Below are positions 20,201 to 29,200 of a DNA stretch of 64,000 nt, one piece after another; the first letter of the stretch is position 1; the number at the start of each line of letters is the position of its first letter. The DNA comes from a virus. Its lineage: Duplodnaviria > Caudoviricetes. A program made the position numbers and the translations under genes. The stretch is from positions 128,001 to 192,000 of IMG/VR virus record IMGVR_UViG_3300010163_000001. One strand, given 5' to 3'. The notes below the pieces were generated by a model that saw only the letters and a program-made list of their open reading frames with translations, did no database searches and was not told the origin of the DNA.

Positions 20201-23200
20201 TTGCATTGGCTTTTGGGTCAACCATATAGCCACCCACAGAATCTTTTTCATAATTTATTCCAGAAACCTTCGGATCACTTATATTTGCAGTTGCTCCTGC
20301 AGCGACACCTATACCAGAATTATCAGCACCAGATTCATCAAATGGATTAACTTCTTTAATAGAACGATATTCTTTTCCTCCCATTAAAGCGTCCATCATA
20401 TGTTCAAAAACCGCTGTAAAGTTATTGAATATAGCACCTATTTTTCCAGTAAGTCCTTCTGCCTCAGAAACGGATTGGTAATCGGATGTTCCTCCCACTT
20501 TGTTGCTAAAATCTACTGGACCACTGATTCCTTCTCCATTTGGCCCTGTAACTACATATGCACTCTTAATTGCATTCTTCTGTCCTACTTTATCTTTCAA
20601 TCTCTTAACATTAAATACAGATGGTTGTTCTAATGTTGTAAACGGGTCATTTACTGCAAGATAATCTCCTTGCGCTGCTCTAGCTACTAATGTTCCATAA
20701 GAATCTGGATTGCTATCATCAAGAGCAGATGCATTTTCTGGATGATTTTTACCATCTGCAGTATATCTCCAATCTGTATTGGTGTTAAAAGCACCAATAT
20801 TGTTATATTCTCCTTTATCATAGAATCCATTAAAAATAGATCCATTGTAACGATAACCTGTTAGTACAACAGGTTTATTACTTCTAAGCGCATTAATAAC
20901 TGAATCCATAGATTCTAGTTTCTTAACTTGTAATCTTTTTCCATCAACTTGAGTTTCTCTTAATGCATTGAAACCACCGTCTTGATAGATCGTGTCTTGG
21001 TTCAATCCAGTACCGGGTGAAGACCATCCAGTATATCGTCCATCCAACCAATTAGAATTAATATAATCCGGAGTGATGATATTATTTCCAAATGCACTAG
21101 ACACCATTGCAAGCGATGCTAAATCTCCTCCACGGAATCTAACTGTAGATCCTCTCCATGGTATATTACTCCATCTTGGATCATCTGTCTGGAAAAATGG
21201 GAACCCATTCTTATATTCGAAAGAATCACCATATGTTCCAAAACCACCAAACATTTCTGATAGTTCTTGTTTCCCCTTAATTCCTTCTAGTTCAGATGTT
21301 GTAATTACATGATTGTCTTTATAATCACCAGAATCGACAAATAAATAGTATACTTCTCTAAAAAGAGGAATTCTGCCATCAGATAACAGATCTTTCTTAT
21401 AAGTAACCATATTTTTGATATCTTTTACTTTTAATCCATTATAAAAGTCGATTCTATTAAATCCATACTCACCATTTGTCTGAGTGAGACCAGATGCAAT
21501 CTTACGTTGCATTCTTACAGCAGTATTTAATGTTGCCCCTTTCAAATTCGAAGTAATATCAGTATTCAAATAATAACTCGAATTTCCATATATTTCTGCA
21601 ACAGTAGCATTTGATTTTGCTTTCTTATAATTAGCAAATGCATTATTTGCCACAGTTGCTCCCAATTTTGCTAAATCTATTGCAGATTTAGTAGCAATAA
21701 CACCAGGAGTCGTTTTCTTAGAAGGCTTTATCGCCCTCCCATTAGAATCTGTTACTTTTATATCTATTCCACTAGCTTCTTTTTCTGCTTGCGCATTTCC
21801 ATTAAGATATTCATAAAAACTATCGGGTAATCTCCCCTGTGTTCCTTCTTTGATTAAATTATTTTCGTCCTTTAAATTCTCTAGATCGTATCTATTATCC
21901 ATCTTTCTATATGTAATCGAATTATCACCTTCAATTACATAATAATAGTCATCTCCGTATTTAAACCATGGTAAATCTTCATCCCCAGGTCCAAAACCTA
22001 AAGATTTGCTTGGTTTCCATTTTATTTTAGCAGAACCAGTGCCAAAACCAATGGAACCTTTCTTTTTGTATTGATCTGTATACCACTCTGCCAATGATAA
22101 GTTTCCACCGTTAGCTTTATACGAATCATAAGCCCGATGTTCTTTTTCTGTAATTGCATAAGTATCTTGTAAATTGTAAATGTTATTCCATTCTGTCATA
22201 TCTCCGCCAGATATTTTTGCTCCTACCCATGAGAAACCTTTTTGAACCTGACCAAATATTCCAGCATCTTTATTTGATTTATTATTCCAATCGTTAACAG
22301 TTAAATTCGTACCATTGATTGCATTATATTTTGCAACCTGTGCTTCAAATTCATCTGTTGCAGTATCTAATTTTTCTTTATCAAAGAATGTACTGTATAA
22401 CCACCTAGCAACAATCTGTTTTATATCCCATTGTGGATTGATCATACTGATAATTTCAAGTACAAGGTCAACACAAGATGCTCCTGGTAAACCTAATAAA
22501 ACTTGAAGTACCGATGATATTGTTTTCATTTCCCATGTAACATCATGTTTTGCAATACCAAATAATCTAGCTGCAGATGTCCAACCATCTACACCATCAT
22601 AAACTGCTCCTATAATTAGTGGAATAATTGCTGCTGATGCACCAGTTCTTATAGATATTTCTGCTAATTTTTGTGAAATTTCATTAGCAATTGCAGAAAT
22701 AGTACTAACTGGACATCTTCTCACCATACTTATGATTTTTTCTCCAAATCGTTTGATTCCATCGCTCCAATCTCTTGATGAAAACCATGCTGCAAATCTA
22801 TCTCCATATTTTGCTGCAAATTTAACAAATTGATTTATTACTTTATTAATCAAAGTAATTGGATGTACACTCGTAGCATCTATAATCCCAGCATTCACAG
22901 CAGCATCTTTAGCTGTCATTGTTGTATCATAAATGTCATACATATTAGAAGCTTTATCACTTATATTAACAATATCACTTGCAGCCCCATATCCAACTGC
23001 CTTTCTTCTGTAACTCCATCCATGTGTCATTCCGGATGTCAAATTACTAAGTTTCTCTGTTCTAGTTCCTCTCATCGGATCATTAATTCTTACATTTCCA
23101 TTGTTATCAATGCCAGAAGCAACTACAATATGACCTGCTTTTGTATAAGGTCCATTCATAGAAGACTTTCCAGACACAATAACCGGTTCTCCACTTTGGA

Positions 23201-26200
23201 GGGATTTTTTAATAGAACTCTTATTTACTTCAGTCGGAGATAACCCCATATCAGAAGCACCTTTTGTAAATAATCCGGCAGTAGAACCACCATCTTTAAT
23301 ATATCCATTATTCTGTGCATAAGATGCTACAGATACTGGATCTGTATTTGATTTTAATTGAGATGCTACCATGGATAATGCAGTAGGACCACAACCTCCT
23401 GTAGCCATTGTACTTGTAGTACCATCTGGGAATTTTCCTATTGGTATATTTCCCCATCTAGGGTCATTCTGCATAACAGTACCATATCCTAATACTTTCT
23501 GTCTATTGCTAATTTTTATTGGTCCAGGACCATTATAAGTTTCTTCTGTAGATTCTTTTGGATTATTAGATTGAATTGTCGGAGCAAATTTCATATTTAC
23601 CCAATCTTCAAACTTTGCATCCTTATTATTAGCTTTATATGCATCCCATTCTCTTTGTTCTGCATCGGTCAATGTGTCTTGCTCTTGAGTTTTCCATTTA
23701 TCTTTATATGCTTGGGTATTTCCCCCACCACTCCATAACCAATCCCATCCTTGATGAATTTTTCCAAATATGTTGCGGCTATTATTTGTTAAGTTACTAT
23801 ATTCCTCAGTAGTTAAATTCGTACCATGTTTTGCGTTATGAATCGCAACTTTTTTGTCGAATTCCTCAATTGCATCATCTAATTGCTTCTTTCCACCAAG
23901 ATTCGAATAGATTGCTCTTGCAAGCATTCTCTTAAAATCCAATTTCGGGAAAAATGCTTTAATGACCTCTAATACTATGTCAATATATGCCATTGGTCCA
24001 ATACCAAGTATAACTTCCATAATAGAAGATGTAAGTCGCATTCCCCATGTAACATCAGAAGCGGCAACTCCAAACAAATCTGCAGCAGATATTGCTCCAT
24101 TAAGTGCATCAAATGCACCAAGAACTAACGCTAAAACACCAGTTCCATCGGCAGCAGTTCTCGCAGTTGCTTCCGTCATTTTTGTACTAATTAATTCACC
24201 AATTTTTCTAATAAGTTTAACGTCACTCTCTAAAAATTTCTTTGATAAGCTTTCAATAAGTTCTTTAATAGTTTTAGTCCAATTAGCCTTTGTTATAACA
24301 CCCGTAATCTTTTTATCAAAGGATGTATAAACTTTATTTAATCCATCAAGTAATTTATTTAATAATTTCTTTATGATTCCTTTATTTGCTGCAATATCAT
24401 CTACATTCTTTGCAGCAGTATCTACTGCAAGTTTTGCAGAATTAACAGCAGCTTTATTTGCTGCAACATCTGCCTCTAAAAATACTTCAGCACTTCTTGC
24501 GGCATTTGTTGATATATTTCGAGTAGTATCTAAGATTGCTTCTGAATTCTTTAATGTTTGCTCTGCAGCACTTAATCCTTCTTGTGCAGTTAATAATGCA
24601 GATTGTGCATCTTGCACCCTTTGTGCTAACTTAGTTGCTTTTGAGCCCATAACTTTACTAGATATCTTACTAGCAACTTTTCCGGTTCCTTTTGCTGCAC
24701 CTTTAGCAACTTTTGATGCCATTCCCATTCCTGGAATCATTCCGATTGCACCAATTCCACCCATAGCAGCACCACCGGCAATAACTCCTCCAGTTTTTAA
24801 TGCTCCTTTTGCTAATTTATTTGCAAATGGTCTTGAAATTCCGCGTATATATTTCGTACCAGCTCTTAATCCAGAATATAATGTACCACTACTAAATCCA
24901 GATACTTTCTTTGTAGCATGGAATACTCCATTTTCATCAATATATCCATCAAATCCTTCTTCACCAGTAACTTGACCAGTTTCATCATCAACTTGATATC
25001 CTTCTTCGTATTCTACAGAACCATCTTCATTGTATTTCTTTATTTGATGACGTGCATTTTTTGTTTTTTCTTGAGCTTCTTCCTTTGTTTCAAATTTTTG
25101 TGTATCACCTTTATCAAATGGATCTTTAAATCCAAATACTCCTGCAACTTTACTAATGAGACATTTTCCAATCGAGGTCGCTGCTGCATATAATAAATCC
25201 CAAGATGTCTTTACAATAGTATCCATGTTGTCGATAATTAGTCCTGTGACATCTGCCACAAATTTAGGTGCTTTTTCAAATACAAGATCCTTCACATTGA
25301 TAAGGAAATCTTTTACCGGAGGTATAATATTCGTTTCAATGAAAGGTAATGCTTTCTCTTGCATCCAAGGTTTAAATTTGTCATTATAAAATTCTTTGAT
25401 TTGTTCCCCAAATACTGCGTAGATACTAAAACTTCCGAGTGCTAATTTCCAGAATGTTTTACTCGTAAATAACTTACCAGCCACACCAAATACATTTTTA
25501 AAGAAACCACCAACAGATCCAAATACTGTTTTCTTATCTTCGTCAGTCACTCCTTTAATATCCGCTTTGCTTTTATCTTTTTTATCTTTCTCTTCATCTT
25601 GGTAGGATTTCCCACCACTTCTAGCGCGTTCACTTTCTTTCTGTTCTTTTTCGTCTCGTTTCTTCTTTTTATCACTATCTCTTCGTGCATCAATAATATC
25701 ATCTGCACGGTTAACAGTTTCACTATTTGTAGCATCTCGTAAATCAGATATAGATGCTCCTGTTTCTATTGCTGTATCAGCAGTATTCATAGCAGCATTT
25801 GCTTCTGTTGCTTCTTCAATATTCTCTAATGCATTTATAACTGCTTCTTCTGTAGAATTATCTTCATCTTTCTTCTTAAAATGTTCTGTAATTGGTGTTA
25901 TTGCTTCTTTTATCCAATCATAGAATTTCTTTGTTCTTTCTCTATCTTGCTGCTGATCAGGAGATTCTTGAATCTTAAGACCATCGGAAACAGCCATTTC
26001 TTCGAAACTTTTCTCTTCATCCTTCTTTTTATCTTTATCAGGATTAAATCTCTCATAAAAATCTTCTTTATTGTAAAGAAGATCATTTAAATCTTTATTA
26101 TTCTTTATCCATGATATATCTAATCCAGCATCTTGTAATTCATCTTTTGCTTTCGCAAGTTCTACATCATCTAAAGAACCATTTACGTATCCAAATTTCT

Positions 26201-29200
26201 TAGCATAATCATGTCTAACGCGATCAATTCTTGACTGTACTTTCCTATCTTTCTTAAACTTTTCATGTTTTTTTACTGCTTCTTTAAGTTCTCTTCTTGC
26301 AGACATCCATTTAAAATGATTCTTACCTTCTTCACTAAGTCCATCTTCATATTTTTGTAATTCCGCATTATAAGAATTCCGTAAACTTCCTTTGAAATCT
26401 TTAACCATAGTCAAACCACGATTAATTCCTCCAAAGAATCCATTAAATTCATTTTGATCATATGCAGCACTCTGTGCTTTTACATTATCAATTGCACCAC
26501 GTATTAATTCAAATGGTCTTGACGCAACTGCTCGTTTTTCTTTCTTCAGTGCTTTGTGTCTCATCTTAGCAGTTCCCAATCTAGCTAAATTTAAACCAGC
26601 AGTAACCGGGAATAGAGATAACTTCATTGCATCAAATGGCAACCTTACAGCACGTTTTCCAACAAACTTAAGTGCGCTTGTTAATGGAGAAAATGCTTTT
26701 CCTATCGTATTTTGGAATATCTTAGTTACACTAATTCCAACTTTTTCAAAAACATCATGAATTGTATCTGATACATCTTTTTTAATACCATGAATATTAT
26801 CAGCAATTACTCCAGCAACCTCTTTGAACGGAGTAGTAAGTTTCTTTTTAAGCCATAATGCAAAATCTTCTGTATGTCCCTGTAATTTATTTTTCACTGG
26901 TTCAAATACATTAAGAACCATCATATTTTTCATTTTAGTAAGAAGACCATTATTTTTTCTTCCTATTACATTTCCATGTTCATCAACTTCTTCGTCACCG
27001 AATAATAATTTCTTAAATGCTTCTGTCTGAGATGCAATCCCTATACCAAGTCCAGCAAGTCCCATTCCAACAGGTCCACCTAATGATACAGCAGAACCTA
27101 AGAAACCTAAATGACTAAGTGTTGCACCTGCAACTGCACCTACTCCAAGTCCTTTTAAGCCACCTTTTACAAAGTGACCAGACTTTTCCATAAATTTTGC
27201 GAATTTTCCATTTTCTTTGCTGAATAATCCACCAGCACGTTTTCCATTTTCGTCTTTTTCTCCAAATAATATCTCTTGGAATTTATCGTTACTTTTTAAT
27301 AGCGAGAATCCGATTCCTAATAATGCTCCACCAATAGGACCACCAGGTAATAACGTATTTAAAAGAAAACTTCCTTGTCCAATACCTAACATACCTTTTG
27401 CAGCACCTAATACAGCTCCTCCTGCAATCATTGGAGCATTGTCTTTAAAGAATTTCTGTGTCTTCTGAGAAATGAGACCTCCAGTTTTATTTCCGTCTTC
27501 ATCTTCCTTTCCAAACACAAATTCATTAAACTTTTTAGATCTTGATAGCATGGATAATCCTATACCAGCAATTGCTCCACTGATAGGACCACCGGGCAAT
27601 AGTGCAGCTCCTAAAATACCACTACCAGAAAACATAACCGAGGTTCCAACTGCAGCACCAATTGTTGCACCAGTTAATCCGGTTGGTAAAAATTCTTTAA
27701 ATTTTTCTTGTATACTTTTATTGCTTCTCTCTTGTTGCTTTTGTATATCTTCTTCTGAGCCAACAATTCTATCTACAATATCTCCTGTTGAGTCAGCTAA
27801 TTCATTTGCAATATTTGTTAATTGACTTGATATCTTTGAAGAACTTTCCCTTATCTTATCTTCTTCCTCTTTGATAAAAGTTTCAAAGTCTCCACCATAT
27901 AATTGACCTTGTTGCATGGGATCCATTTTATCCCATGATTTCTTATATTTATCACGTAATTCTTTTTCCTTTTTCTTCTTAGCTTTTTCTTCTTCCTCTT
28001 TTATGAAATTCTCTATATCATCTCCATATAACTGTCCCTGTTGCATAGGGTTCATCTTTTCCCATGCATCTTTATATCTCTCTTGTAATTTTATATTCGC
28101 TTCATTCGTTTCTTCTTTTTTATTCTCATTTGCTTCCTTTATAATTGCAGAATCTGTATTATTAGCTTCTACTTCTTCCGTTGCATTATTTAATCTATCT
28201 TGTCGTTTTTTATCTCGCTTAGCTTTAAAATCAAACCATTTAAAGTATTTATTGTAAGTATCATTCTCTTCATAATCATCTCCGAACCAATATTTCATTG
28301 CGTTCTTGTAAATTCTATCATATCCATTTGCAATCTTATCAAAAACACTGTCTTCTTTTTCATTATATGTGTTACCATTGGAATCGGTGTAACCTTTTCC
28401 AGTAAATACATATTTGATATAATTCATCTGGTCTTTCATCCAGACTGTCACTCCACCAAATACACCAGTTTCTTCATCAAATAACTTTTCTCTTATTTTC
28501 TTTACGCGTTCATTATTTAATACATCTTTGAAGAATGATCGAACAATTCCATCTTTTCCAAAAATCCCACTAACCATAGGACTTAAGAAATTATGATGTA
28601 ATGATAACACCATAGCTTTTATGGAATTTTTATCCTCTTCTGTCCCATTTATTTTAGCTGATTTATTATTCTCTAAATTCTTCATAACGCGTTCTGTACG
28701 ATTCGCGTTAGATTCTATTTTAGAGCGATCCATTTTTAATGTATCTTTTAAGGTTTCTTTATTTGCTTTTGATACTTCTTTATTGATATTCTTTTCCGCT
28801 GAAGTATTACCAGTATTAATGATCGCTTGAGAAGTCGCTGGTGGGGGAGTAGAACCTCCACTCATATCACTAATTACGGAATTTACTTCATTCCAGAATT
28901 CTTCGTCACTAGATCTATAAAATCCATTTCCTCGGTCATATAAAATATTAGCAAGACGATCCAATGAATCAGAAAAATTTGCAAATAATCCAGTTTTTCC
29001 ACCGTTTTTGCTTTTTCCAGAATTCTTTAATCTATCTTTAATTTTATCAATTATACCTTTTTTATTCTTTTCCTTTTCAGCTTCTGCTCTTTCTTCTTCT
29101 GTTAATTGATCTAATCTCTTACCGGTAGATGTAAAACCTACGTCTGTAAAGATATTTATTTTCCTCAGAGTTTCCTCATCAATTACTTTTTCAACATCTG

